Shown piece by piece: positions 45,815 to 55,439 of a stretch of 64,000 bases of DNA. Numbering within the stretch: position 1 is the first letter of the stretch; each line of letters starts with the position of its first letter. The notes beneath the pieces were generated by a model. That model ran no database searches and was not told the origin of the DNA. It saw only the letters and a program-made list of their open reading frames with translations. This DNA comes from an uncultured Desulfobacterales bacterium (lineage in GTDB: Bacteria; Desulfobacterota; Desulfobacteria; Desulfobacterales; JAHEIW01), in assembly GCA_947259495.1 (NCBI GenBank), contig CAMYLV010000008.1, forward strand, positions 71,939-135,938, read 5' to 3'. The position numbers and the translations under genes are program-made.

Positions 45815-46527
45815 CTGATACAGATGAGAAGCGTTCCATAATTCGGATGTTCCACGTACATCGCAATTACGGTACCAAAAAGGCCCTGATCGATATTACG
45901 CTTGATATTTTTAAAAATGATTTTGTGTTTCTCACCGGTGCCAGCGGAGCAGGAAAAACCACTCTGCTCAAGCTGCTGTATTTGGCCGAACCGGTGTCTG
46001 AAGGTCAGGTCTTGATCGATGGAATGAATATTTCCCGCATTCCTCGCAAGCGCGTGGCGTTTCTACGCAGAAAATTCGGTATTATTTTCCAAGATTACAA
46101 ACTCATCGCCAACCGAAACGTTTTTGATAATGTTTCGCTGGTACTTGAGGCGGCCGGTAAAAAAAGACGCTTGATCCAGAAAAGAGTCAGGGGTGTGCTG
46201 CGGTTGGTCGGTATGGAGGATCGACTAACCGCCCTTCCGCCAAGTTTGTCCGGTGGCGAACAGCAGCGGATTGCTGTTGCCCGCGCCATTATCGGGGATC
46301 CTAAAATCATACTGGCTGACGAACCCACCGGAAGCCTCGATGATGATTCTGCCAATATCATTATGAAATTGCTTAATGGCGTTCACATCCGGGGAGCGAC
46401 CGTCATTATCGCAACACATGACAAAGCTCTCATTCGCAAAACCGGGGGACGGGTTTTGCTTTTGAAACAAGGGAGACTGCAAGGATCGTCCATAATCGAA
46501 AAACATTATGATAATTCTATTTTTTAA
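45811..46527 (+). CDS. ftsE: cell division ATP-binding protein FtsE
   Basis: [41 protein letters not shown] overlap with the upstream gene, and ftsX follows. Confidence 0.9.
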   Translation: MTDTDEKRSIIRMFHVHRNYGTKKALIDITLDIFKNDFVFLTGASGAGKTTLLKLLYLAEPVSEGQVLIDGMNISRIPRKRVAFLRRKFGIIFQDYKLIANRNVFDNVSLVLEAAGKKRRLIQKRVRGVLRLVGMEDRLTALPPSLSGGEQQRIAVARAIIGDPKIILADEPTGSLDDDSANIIMKLLNGVHIRGATVIIATHDKALIRKTGGRVLLLKQGRLQGSSIIEKHYDNSIF

Positions 46528-47389
46528 AAGGGCCCTTAAAGACTTTCGCAACAATCGGCTGTTAAATCTCATTACCCTATTGACCATTTCGTTATCCATC
46601 CTCATCGTCAGCGCATTTATTCTTTTTTTTATCAACACCAGCGAGATTATGAATTTCTGGAAAAAAGGGCTGCGGGTTATGGCCTATCTGAAGTCGGATT
46701 TTCCACCGTCACAATTGACGGCTTTAAGCGGTCAAATCCTAACTCTGCCCGCTGTCGAAACCGTGCGGTTCATTTCAAAAGAAACGGCTCTGAATCAATT
46801 AAAATCGCAGATGAAACGACAGGCATCTCTTTTTGAAAACCTGGATAAAAACCCCCTGCCGGATGCACTTGAAATCCAATTAAACGCTAAATCCCAGAGC
46901 TGGGAAAAGGTGGAGGTCCTGGCCACGCAGATTGAAGCTTTAGATGCGGTTCAGGAGGTTGAATACGGGCAGCGCTGGTTAGGACGCTTTACCCAGATTT
47001 TTAATCTTTTTAGATTAACCGGATATACCATGTGCGGCATTTTTTTTATGGCAGCGGTGTTTATCGTGGCCAATACCATCCGACTTGTCATCTATTCCAG
47101 GCGGGACGAAATTGAGATCATGCGGTTGGTGGGTGCAGCAGAACACTTTATCAAGATTCCATTTTACTTTCAGGGTTTGATGCAGGGCGCTGCCGGGGCG
47201 GGCATCGCTTTGGCCGTCTTATTTATGGCTTATTGGTCTATGGCATCCAATATTGAGCAGGGATTTTTTTCCGGTCTGTTTAACGTTCGATTTCTTTCAC
47301 CGCTAATGGCGGCTCTTATCATTTTGCTCAGCATGCTGGTCGGGTGGTTAGGCTCCTATATTTCTCTCAAGCAATATTTGAAGAGGTAG
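46508..47389 (+). CDS. ftsX: cell division permease FtsX
   Basis: 293 aa with a TM helix, periplasmic domain and 3 TM helices. Follows ftsE. Confidence 0.85.
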   Translation: MIILFFKRALKDFRNNRLLNLITLLTISLSILIVSAFILFFINTSEIMNFWKKGLRVMAYLKSDFPPSQLTALSGQILTLPAVETVRFISKETALNQLKSQMKRQASLFENLDKNPLPDALEIQLNAKSQSWEKVEVLATQIEALDAVQEVEYGQRWLGRFTQIFNLFRLTGYTMCGIFFMAAVFIVANTIRLVIYSRRDEIEIMRLVGAAEHFIKIPFYFQGLMQGAAGAGIALAVLFMAYWSMASNIEQGFFSGLFNVRFLSPLMAALIILLSMLVGWLGSYISLKQYLKR

Positions 47390-47424
47390 CAACAGAGATA
47401 CGAGTGAACTACAGATTGCATAAA

Positions 47425-48627
47425 ATGATGCGTTCCGGCTCCAAAAGCATCTGTATCAGAGCTTTAGGGGTTGTGGCCGACTGCCTTTTAATTATGGCAG
47501 CCAGTTCCTGGATAAATGCTCAGGAACCGGAAGCGCCAATTGATGCGTATAAAAAAAAGGCTATGGATATTAGTCGTGAAATCGAAAAAGGCAGGGCCAA
47601 AATTCAAAAGTTTACCCATAAGGAAACCGATATTATACAGCAGTTAAACCAGGCTGATCGGGCTTTAAATCGCTCCCGTAAGCGGACTGCCGCCCTCAGC
47701 CGCGAAATCGGCCAACTCGATAAAATAATAACCGATACAACTGTGACATCCGAAAATCTCGTTAATCAGATAAAGACCAATGAACAATATGTGGCCAAAC
47801 GCCTGGTTGGTTTATATAAATTGAACTGGCTGGGAAAATTCCATCTGCTGGCTTCGGCCGAAAACCTGCAAGAGCTGCTACAGCGCAAAAACGCCATCGA
47901 GCGGATCCTGGCCCAAGACGAAAAGGTTATCAAAGACTTAATGAACAGTCGCCTGGAATTGGAAATCGTCCGATCGCGTCTGGAGGTGCATAGAGATGAA
48001 AAGCGTCGGCGGGCCGACACCTATCGGGAACAAATCAATCGCATGGCAACTGACCGCAAGAAACGCTCAAATCTTTTGGCCTACGTGCGCAAAGAAAAGT
48101 CTGCCCAACTGGCCGCCATTGAATCTTTGAAACAGGCGGCCCTGAATTTGGATGAAAAGATTAAAAATTTAGGGGCCGGGTCAAGCGCAGGCGTTCCGGA
48201 CGAATATCGCACCGGCGAGGCGTTTCAGGTATATAAAGGCTTGCTAAAAATGCCGGTAAAGGGTAAAATAGTAAGTCTTTTCGGTGAGTTTAAAAATACC
48301 CGCTATCAGGTATTGAATTTTCGCAGCGGGATTGAGATTCAAACCGAAAGAGGCGAACCGATACAGGCCGTATATGCCGGTAGAGTTCTTTATGCCGAAT
48401 GGTTTAAAGGATACGGAAACATGATTATCATAGACCATGGGGATAATTACTATACGGTCTATGCCCATATTGAGGAAGCTTTTAAATCAAACGGAGATTC
48501 TGTTGAAACCGGGGAAGTGATTGCCACTGTCGGCGATACCGGCTCCATTAGCGGTCCGAAGCTTTATTTTGAAGTCCGACACCATGGGAAACCGTTGGAT
48601 CCGATGCAGTGGCTTGAAACCGGTTAA
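47425..48627 (+). CDS. EnvC-like murein hydrolase activator (coiled coil plus M23/LytM domain)
   Basis: Long coiled coil followed by GIEIQTERGEPIQAVYAGRV...IIDHGDNYYTVYAH...GDTGSISGPKLYFEVRHHGKPLDP. Confidence 0.8.
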   Translation: MMRSGSKSICIRALGVVADCLLIMAASSWINAQEPEAPIDAYKKKAMDISREIEKGRAKIQKFTHKETDIIQQLNQADRALNRSRKRTAALSREIGQLDKIITDTTVTSENLVNQIKTNEQYVAKRLVGLYKLNWLGKFHLLASAENLQELLQRKNAIERILAQDEKVIKDLMNSRLELEIVRSRLEVHRDEKRRRADTYREQINRMATDRKKRSNLLAYVRKEKSAQLAAIESLKQAALNLDEKIKNLGAGSSAGVPDEYRTGEAFQVYKGLLKMPVKGKIVSLFGEFKNTRYQVLNFRSGIEIQTERGEPIQAVYAGRVLYAEWFKGYGNMIIIDHGDNYYTVYAHIEEAFKSNGDSVETGEVIATVGDTGSISGPKLYFEVRHHGKPLDPMQWLETG

Positions 48628-48814
48628 GCCAAATCTTGATAAATATTATAATTTTCAAACGATCGCGAGATTGCTTGCAAAAACCGAAAGATTTCAACGA
48701 TTGATAATCTCACGTAAAGCGGCCAGGCCTGCCGCAATAGGGTTTGACGATCGGCAGTCGAATTCCTGACGATCACGGTGCGTTTGCGAGAGAACACTTT
48801 TAAGGAGTACATAA

Positions 48815-50161
48815 ATGAAATTAAAACAGATTCAGAACGTTAAGCTTTGGATGGTCATGGTCAGCGCCGTGGTTTTTTGGACGATCGGAACCGGTTTTTT
48901 CGGTGATCTTGCTGCTAAAAATGACGAAGCCTATGAGGAACTCAAAATTTTTGCGGATGTCATTGAACTGATTGAAAAGGAATATGTTGATGATGTCGAG
49001 TCGAAGGAGCTCATTGAGAAAGCGATCCAGGGTATGCTTCATAGCCTGGATCCACACTCAACCCTGATGCCGCCTGAGGCATTTGAAGATTTGCAAATTG
49101 ACACCAAAGGAAAGTTCACCGGAATCGGGATCCATATCACAATGCGAGATGGGTTTGTCACCGTAATTTCACCCATCGAAGACACGCCGGCATACGAAGC
49201 TGGAATCATCGCCCAGGACCGAATTGTAAAAGTCGACGGCAAACCGGTGAAAGATTTACGCGAAGCCGTGAGTATGATGCGGGGTCCAAAAGGCACCAAG
49301 GTATTAGTTACGATCATACGCCAAGGGGAAAAGAAACCACTTGATTTTGAGCTGGTGCGTGATGTTATTCCGATTGTAAGTGTTAAAGCAATTGAGATTA
49401 AACCCGGCTACAACTACATTCGCCTGTCACAATTTTCAGGCAGCACAACCAGAGAGCTTGAAGCGGCATTGAATAAAATGGAATCCGCAGAGGTCACTGT
49501 CAAAGGGCTTGTTTTGGATCTAAGAAACAACGGCGGTGGCTTGTTGAATCAGGCCATTCAAGTGAGCGATCTTTTTTTGGATGAAGGCAAAATTTTATCC
49601 ATAAAAGGACGAAACAAGAAAAACACAAAGGAGTATATGGCCACGCCGGCTGCGGACACTCGCAGTTATCCGCTCGTTGTGCTGATTAACGGTGGAAGTG
49701 CCAGCGCTTCTGAAATCGTGGCCGGTGCGCTCCAGGACCAAAAGCGGGCCCTGATTTTGGGCACGACTTCCTTTGGCAAAGGCTCTGTGCAAACCGTGGA
49801 GACCTTGCGAGACGGCTCCGGGGTTAAATTAACTATTGCCCGGTATTTCACCCCGAACGGCAGATCCATTCAGGCCAAAGGAATTGAACCGGACATCGTT
49901 TTAACGCAGAAGCAAATCAATCCCGAAGAGCTGCAGGAAGAAGGTTTGTTAAAAGAAAAAGACCTGTTAAATCATCTTGAAGCCGAACCTGAAAAAAATA
50001 AAAAACAAGGCGACGAGCCCCAAAAACCCGAGGCCCAAAACCAGGAAATGCAGTTTAGAGTCGGCCCGCTGAATCGCGATCGACTCCTGACCGATAATCA
50101 GGTTGTACGGGCGCTTGAAATCCTGAACAGTTATGACATTTTTAAAAGCTTAAATAGTTGA
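48815..50161 (+). CDS. ctpA: S41 family carboxy-terminal processing protease
   Basis: PDZ domain, DLRNNGGG, GGSASASEIVAGALQD...TSFGKGSVQ (Ser/Lys dyad region). Confidence 0.9.
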   Translation: MKLKQIQNVKLWMVMVSAVVFWTIGTGFFGDLAAKNDEAYEELKIFADVIELIEKEYVDDVESKELIEKAIQGMLHSLDPHSTLMPPEAFEDLQIDTKGKFTGIGIHITMRDGFVTVISPIEDTPAYEAGIIAQDRIVKVDGKPVKDLREAVSMMRGPKGTKVLVTIIRQGEKKPLDFELVRDVIPIVSVKAIEIKPGYNYIRLSQFSGSTTRELEAALNKMESAEVTVKGLVLDLRNNGGGLLNQAIQVSDLFLDEGKILSIKGRNKKNTKEYMATPAADTRSYPLVVLINGGSASASEIVAGALQDQKRALILGTTSFGKGSVQTVETLRDGSGVKLTIARYFTPNGRSIQAKGIEPDIVLTQKQINPEELQEEGLLKEKDLLNHLEAEPEKNKKQGDEPQKPEAQNQEMQFRVGPLNRDRLLTDNQVVRALEILNSYDIFKSLNS

Positions 50162-50272
50162 TCTCGGAAGCTGCCCCTTTGTTTCCGTTACCATTTCGCA
50201 CAAACCCATGTAGAGAGCATCACTTTACTAAAAGGGTTGATGGAAATCAGCGCCGTGCCAAATAGCATTTAA

Positions 50273-51226
50273 ATGGCTAAACGAAAACCAACCCGAAAAA
50301 AACGACAAACAAAAAAATCACGGAAAAAAGCTTCTGCTAAAAGTCCTCTGTTCAAAGCGCTTGCCGGAGTGGCAGTTCTGGCTGTAGTGGTCGTCGCCAG
50401 CGGTATATCGCTCTATCTCCTGGTACCGCCGGCACCGCCACCGACGGCAGTCAAACCACCAAAGGCCAAGACGCCACCGGCAGTCCAAAAACCAACATTT
50501 GAAATTTATCCAAGAGAAGCGCAACCCCCTGCCAGGCCAGTGGCCAAAAAGAATATTCCACGAGCAATTCCAAAACCGGGGAAACCCAGAGCTTTGCCGT
50601 TAGTGGCTCTTATAATAGATGATTTGGGCTATGATAAAAAAATTGCCCGTAAATTTGCACAGCTGGATGTGGCCCTGACGTTTTCGATTCTGCCCCACAG
50701 CCCCTTTCAACGAAAAATTGTCCGGCTGGCAGAATCAAAGGGGTTGGAAATAATGCTGCATTTACCCATGGAGCCGGTTGAGTATCCCAAGGTGGATCCC
50801 GGCCCCGGAACCCTGTTAACCGCAATGTCGCCCGATGAATTGATTGCCCAGCTTGACGAAAATCTCAAAGACTTGCCCAACATTAAAGGTGTCAATAACC
50901 ATATGGGCTCCAGGTTAACTGCAGAGTCGACCCAGTTATACCAGATTTTTTCGGTTTTGAAGAAAAGGGGACTCTATTTTATTGACAGCCGCACATCGGC
51001 AGAATCTTTGTGCGAGCCATCGGCACGGCTGTTTCAGATCCCGTTCGCCCAGCGGGACGTTTTTATCGACCATTACCTGACCCCGGATTTTATTCGCAAC
51101 AAAAAAGCAGTGGGCATTCTGCATCCGCACACAACAACCTTAAAGGTATTACGGGAAATGTTGCCGGATCTGAAAGACCAAGTTCAACTGGTCCCAGCTT
51201 CTAAAATTGTGCGCCCCGTCGGATGA
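50273..51226 (+). CDS. divergent polysaccharide deacetylase (YibQ-like)
   Basis: ALIIDDLGY...LTFSILPH...HLPMEP...NNHMGS motifs, with a basic/Pro-rich N-terminus and TM anchor. Confidence 0.8.
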   Translation: MAKRKPTRKKRQTKKSRKKASAKSPLFKALAGVAVLAVVVVASGISLYLLVPPAPPPTAVKPPKAKTPPAVQKPTFEIYPREAQPPARPVAKKNIPRAIPKPGKPRALPLVALIIDDLGYDKKIARKFAQLDVALTFSILPHSPFQRKIVRLAESKGLEIMLHLPMEPVEYPKVDPGPGTLLTAMSPDELIAQLDENLKDLPNIKGVNNHMGSRLTAESTQLYQIFSVLKKRGLYFIDSRTSAESLCEPSARLFQIPFAQRDVFIDHYLTPDFIRNKKAVGILHPHTTTLKVLREMLPDLKDQVQLVPASKIVRPVG

Positions 51227-51418
51227 AACCTCACGATGACAATATCCTAACGCAATCATTGCAGATAATTCTTTAGCCTTGTATTACCGGGTAAAAATTA
51301 GGTAAAATGTTAAATAGTGTGCCACAATAGCCCGTCGCGAACCCATGGCGTAGCAAAAATTTCCGAGTGGCCTATCCATATATAATATAAAGGACTTAAT
51401 GCTTAACGAGATGCCAGC

Positions 51419-54316
51419 ATGAATGACAAAGTGCCTCTATATAACAGCCGTTTGATGAAAATCTATTTAGAGTACACCATCAAAAATTATCCGGATGTCA
51501 ATATTGATTCGGTGCTGGACTCTGCCGGAGTAACCCGCTACGAGGTCGAAGATCACGCTCATTGGTTTAACCAGAATCAGATCGACCGCTTTCATGGGGT
51601 GCTCGTAAAAAAGACCGGAAATTTGAATATTGCCAGGGATGTGGGACGCTTTGCACCAAGCTCTGCAGGCGTCGGTGCTGTGAAACAGTATGTCTTGGGA
51701 TTAATGAGTTTGACCGCAACTTACCTGCTTTTGGAGAAACTCTACCCTTTTATCAGCCGCGGCGCCGGTGTCAAAGCTAAAAAATTGGGGCCCAACACAG
51801 TGGAAGTGACCGCCATTCCCAAGCCGGGTGTCGCAGAAAAATCTTACCAGTGTGCCAATCGGACGGGATTTTTGGAAGGTATGGCAAAACTGTTTACGGA
51901 TACGCTGGCCACAGTTAAACATCCTACCTGTTTTCACAAAGGAGATGATTGCTGCCGCTACCTTATCAGCTGGCCGAATATGCCACATTTTTTTTGGAAA
52001 CGCTTTCGTAATTTTTCCCTGTTGACCGCTGTCCTCTCTACGATAGCTCTTATTTGGTTTGTGAAACCCCCCATCTGGAGTGCCGGGGTATTGTGCCTTG
52101 CGTTGCTAAGCGTGGCCGTTTCAATTTATTCGGAACACCTTACAAGAAAGGAACTGACAAACACCATCAAGACCCAAAAAGCAGCCGCAGAAGACCATAT
52201 TCTGGAAGGCAACATCCGTTACAACAACGCTTTGCTCATCCAGGAGATCGGCCAGGCGGCTTCGAAGATACTGGCAATTGAGGATCTGTTTAAAAGTGTT
52301 GTCGGTATTATGAAAAAGCGTCTTAATTTTGACCGCGGCATGATCATGCTGGCGGACAAGGACAAGTCCCAGTTACAATTCAGCGCCGGTTTTGGCCATA
52401 CTGCAGAGCAGGAGCGCTTTTTAAGCCGAATTGAATTCAATCTGAACAACCCAGGCTCCCAAGGATTGTTTATCAAGGCCATGCGGGAACGCAGACCACT
52501 TTTAATCAGCGATATCGCCGAAATTGAGGACACCCTTTCACCCAGAAGCCTGGAGTTTGCAAAGCAGATGGGCGGCGAGTCCGTTATATGTGTACCCATC
52601 GTATATGAACAGGAGTCGCTGGGTATTTTGGCAGTCGACAACATTAAATCTAAGACCCCGCTGCGACAAAGCGACATGAACCTTTTAATGGGCGTAGCGT
52701 CCCAGCTGGCAAACAGCATAATGAATGCGACGTCTTTTATAAAACTTCAGCAGAGTGAAAATAAATATCGTGAGCTGGTTGAAACCGCCAACAGCATGAT
52801 CTTGCGGATGGACACCCAGGGTCGGATTACCTTTTCCAACAAATTTGCGCAACGGTTTTTCGGCTATACAGAAACTGAAATCCTCGACAAGGATGCCGCA
52901 GAAATTATGTGGCCGAAAAGTAGAACAATCCGGCAGGATTTCGAAAATTGGATCCAATTTCTGCAAAAGGATCCGGATCGACCGCTAGTCAGTGAAAATG
53001 AAACCGAACTCAGAAACAAAGAAAGTGTTTGGATTGCCTGGACCTATAAACCGATTTTTGATGACGACGGGCTTTTTAAAGAGATCTTATGTATTGGCAA
53101 CGACATTACTGAACTCAAACTGGCCGATATCGAAAAAAAAGATTTGCAAGCCCAACTGCAGCGCGCCCAAAAAATGGAAGCCATCGGCACACTGGCCGGC
53201 GGTGTTGCCCATGATCTGAATAATATACTATCCGGCATCGTCAGCTATCCGGAACTCATATTGATGGATTTGGAGGAGGAAAGCCCGCTGATTAAACCGA
53301 TATTAACCATTCAAAAATCCGGCGAAAAAGCAGCGGCCATTGTACAGGATTTATTAACCCTGGCCCGCAGGGGTGTGGCGGCGACAGAAGTTGTTAATTT
53401 AAACAGCATTATTTCTGAATATTTGCTTAGTCCCGAGTATGAAAAACTGTTGCTCGATCATCCTGATGTAAAGGTGTCACATCATTTGGATGCCAACCTG
53501 TTAAATATTCTGGGTTCGCCGGTTCATTTGTCCAAAACGATAATGAATCTGGTATCCAATGCAGCCGAGGCGATGCCTAAGGGCGGCAAAATATCCATTC
53601 GCAGTGAAAACCGCCATGAGGACAAAACGCTTAACGCTTTCGATGATATTGGGACAGGAGATTACGTTACCCTGACAGTTAAAGATACCGGGATTGGAAT
53701 CTCTCCTAAAGATATAGAGCGAATATTTGAACCGTTTTATACTAAAAAAGATATGGGCCGCAGCGGTACCGGGTTGGGAATGGCGGTGGTTTGGGGAACG
53801 GTAAAGGATCACAGGGGCTATATCGATATTAAAAGCCAGGAGGGCAGGGGTACAGCCATTAGCCTCTATTTCCCGGTCACCCGTAAAGAACTGGATAAAA
53901 GCACAGAGTTTTTCGATTTTAATGCTATTAAAGGCAACGGGGAATCCATCCTAATCGTTGATGATATAGAGGAACAGAGACAAATTGCCTCTGAAATGTT
54001 GGAAAAACTGGGATATAAGGTAACAACTGTGGCCAGCGGTGAAGCGGCGATCAATTATCTGCTTAATCATACGGTGGATTTAATCGTGCTGGATATGATC
54101 ATGGATCCGGGCATTGATGGCCTTGAAACCTATCAGAGGGTATTGCAAATTCATCCTGGTCAAAGAACCATCATCGCCAGCGGATATTCAGAATCCGAAC
54201 GGGTCAAAGAAGCCCAGCGGATCGGTGCCGGAACATACATAAAGAAGCCGTATTTGATTGAAAAATTTGGACGTGCCGTCAGAACAGAGCTAAAACGTCT
54301 GGCAGCACCTTTATAA
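51419..54316 (+). CDS. hybrid sensor histidine kinase/response regulator (N-terminal sensor, TM, GAF, PAS, HisKA, HATPase, REC)
   Basis: H-box GGVAHDLNNIL, N/G boxes (NAAEAM, DTGIGI, GTGLGMA), and a C-terminal receiver ILIVDD...LDMIMDPGIDG...KKP. Confidence 0.85.
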   Translation: MNDKVPLYNSRLMKIYLEYTIKNYPDVNIDSVLDSAGVTRYEVEDHAHWFNQNQIDRFHGVLVKKTGNLNIARDVGRFAPSSAGVGAVKQYVLGLMSLTATYLLLEKLYPFISRGAGVKAKKLGPNTVEVTAIPKPGVAEKSYQCANRTGFLEGMAKLFTDTLATVKHPTCFHKGDDCCRYLISWPNMPHFFWKRFRNFSLLTAVLSTIALIWFVKPPIWSAGVLCLALLSVAVSIYSEHLTRKELTNTIKTQKAAAEDHILEGNIRYNNALLIQEIGQAASKILAIEDLFKSVVGIMKKRLNFDRGMIMLADKDKSQLQFSAGFGHTAEQERFLSRIEFNLNNPGSQGLFIKAMRERRPLLISDIAEIEDTLSPRSLEFAKQMGGESVICVPIVYEQESLGILAVDNIKSKTPLRQSDMNLLMGVASQLANSIMNATSFIKLQQSENKYRELVETANSMILRMDTQGRITFSNKFAQRFFGYTETEILDKDAAEIMWPKSRTIRQDFENWIQFLQKDPDRPLVSENETELRNKESVWIAWTYKPIFDDDGLFKEILCIGNDITELKLADIEKKDLQAQLQRAQKMEAIGTLAGGVAHDLNNILSGIVSYPELILMDLEEESPLIKPILTIQKSGEKAAAIVQDLLTLARRGVAATEVVNLNSIISEYLLSPEYEKLLLDHPDVKVSHHLDANLLNILGSPVHLSKTIMNLVSNAAEAMPKGGKISIRSENRHEDKTLNAFDDIGTGDYVTLTVKDTGIGISPKDIERIFEPFYTKKDMGRSGTGLGMAVVWGTVKDHRGYIDIKSQEGRGTAISLYFPVTRKELDKSTEFFDFNAIKGNGESILIVDDIEEQRQIASEMLEKLGYKVTTVASGEAAINYLLNHTVDLIVLDMIMDPGIDGLETYQRVLQIHPGQRTIIASGYSESERVKEAQRIGAGTYIKKPYLIEKFGRAVRTELKRLAAPL

Positions 54317-54356
54317 CCCGCCAAAGGACCTACCTGCAAACCGCCCAATCAGCCCT

Positions 54357-55031
54357 TCAGCTTGGCGGCTGGTCTTTAACCTCGCGCAACATATTGTAAA
54401 GGGATTTTGGATAAAGAAACGTAAATTCGTAACGGGCGAAGGCAATGACATCTTTGTCTTTGAGCTTGACACGCTTTTTACCCAGTCTTGAGCCGTTTAT
54501 TTTGGTGCCATTCGTGGACCCGGCATCCCGCAGGTAATAGGCGCCATCTTCAATATCGATAATGGCGTGGCGCTTGGATATTGCATAATCCGGCATAATC
54601 ATATCGTTGCCGTTGATACGCCCGATGTAAAAGCTTCCGCGGGGTGTCGCCGGATACTCGCCTTTGACCAGCGGATAAATAGCATGTTTTAAGCCTTCAG
54701 AAGCAGATATGGAACTGCCCATACTTTTGGAGGGCTCAAAAATTTGCGTACTGTTAAGTTCATCACTGGCCATACCCGACTGACTGGAAATAATACCGGC
54801 CTTGACCGCAGAACCGACGAGCACCGGGCGATGGACAAATTGCACGAACGCTTCAGCTTCATCTTCCCTGGCCATTTTTCGCAAAGCAGCCAGGCTAACC
54901 CTTCCGGAAGCACTCAGTATCTTTGCAAGCCGGCCGAAGAGGGCACCTTCGCTTTTTGGCTTCGGTGAGGCTGCCGCAGGCGCCTCATTCTTTTTTTGCT
55001 TTTTAAAAAGGGCAAATGTTCTACCCAGCAT
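54357..55031 (-). CDS. FHA domain-containing protein
   Basis: C-terminal FYIGR...ISKRHAIIDIEDGAYYLRDAGSTNGTKING FHA signature. Confidence 0.8.
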   Translation of the reverse strand: MLGRTFALFKKQKKNEAPAAASPKPKSEGALFGRLAKILSASGRVSLAALRKMAREDEAEAFVQFVHRPVLVGSAVKAGIISSQSGMASDELNSTQIFEPSKSMGSSISASEGLKHAIYPLVKGEYPATPRGSFYIGRINGNDMIMPDYAISKRHAIIDIEDGAYYLRDAGSTNGTKINGSRLGKKRVKLKDKDVIAFARYEFTFLYPKSLYNMLREVKDQPPS

Positions 55032-55439
55032 TTTATTCCTCCTGCAGATCCGCTTTCAGCCTTTTCACATTAGCCCGACCCTGTCAAAAACACGCTCAAT
55101 GATTGTTTGTAACAAGGGTATTCGGTTTGATTGTGGAGCGGAAAGGTACCGCAAGCCATAAAGTTTATCAGTGCCCGGATGATAAAATCATTATGTTATT
55201 ACAGTATATTATCTCAGAAAGACCGTCCAAAGTCAAGAATCGGCCGAAGTATTCACAATTACAGGACGTTATCGAAATGCCAGAGATGTTGATTACAATT
55301 CATCCCGGGTCTGATATATTATATATTAGCTGTTGCGGAGAAAAATTAAGGACTAAAGACGGATTTGATTGACTCCGTATGCTTGGCTTTATATGATAAA
55401 AGTCCGAATGAGCGCTAAGCTGTCAGGGCTTAACGAGAT

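Noticed and set aside
51396-51407. The 12-mer GCTTAACGAGAT is shared just upstream of the kinase start (51419) and the 7TM-HD start (55440).
   Set aside because: My estimate is on the order of a hundred chance 12-mer repeats in 64 kb, so a single shared 12-mer is not significant.
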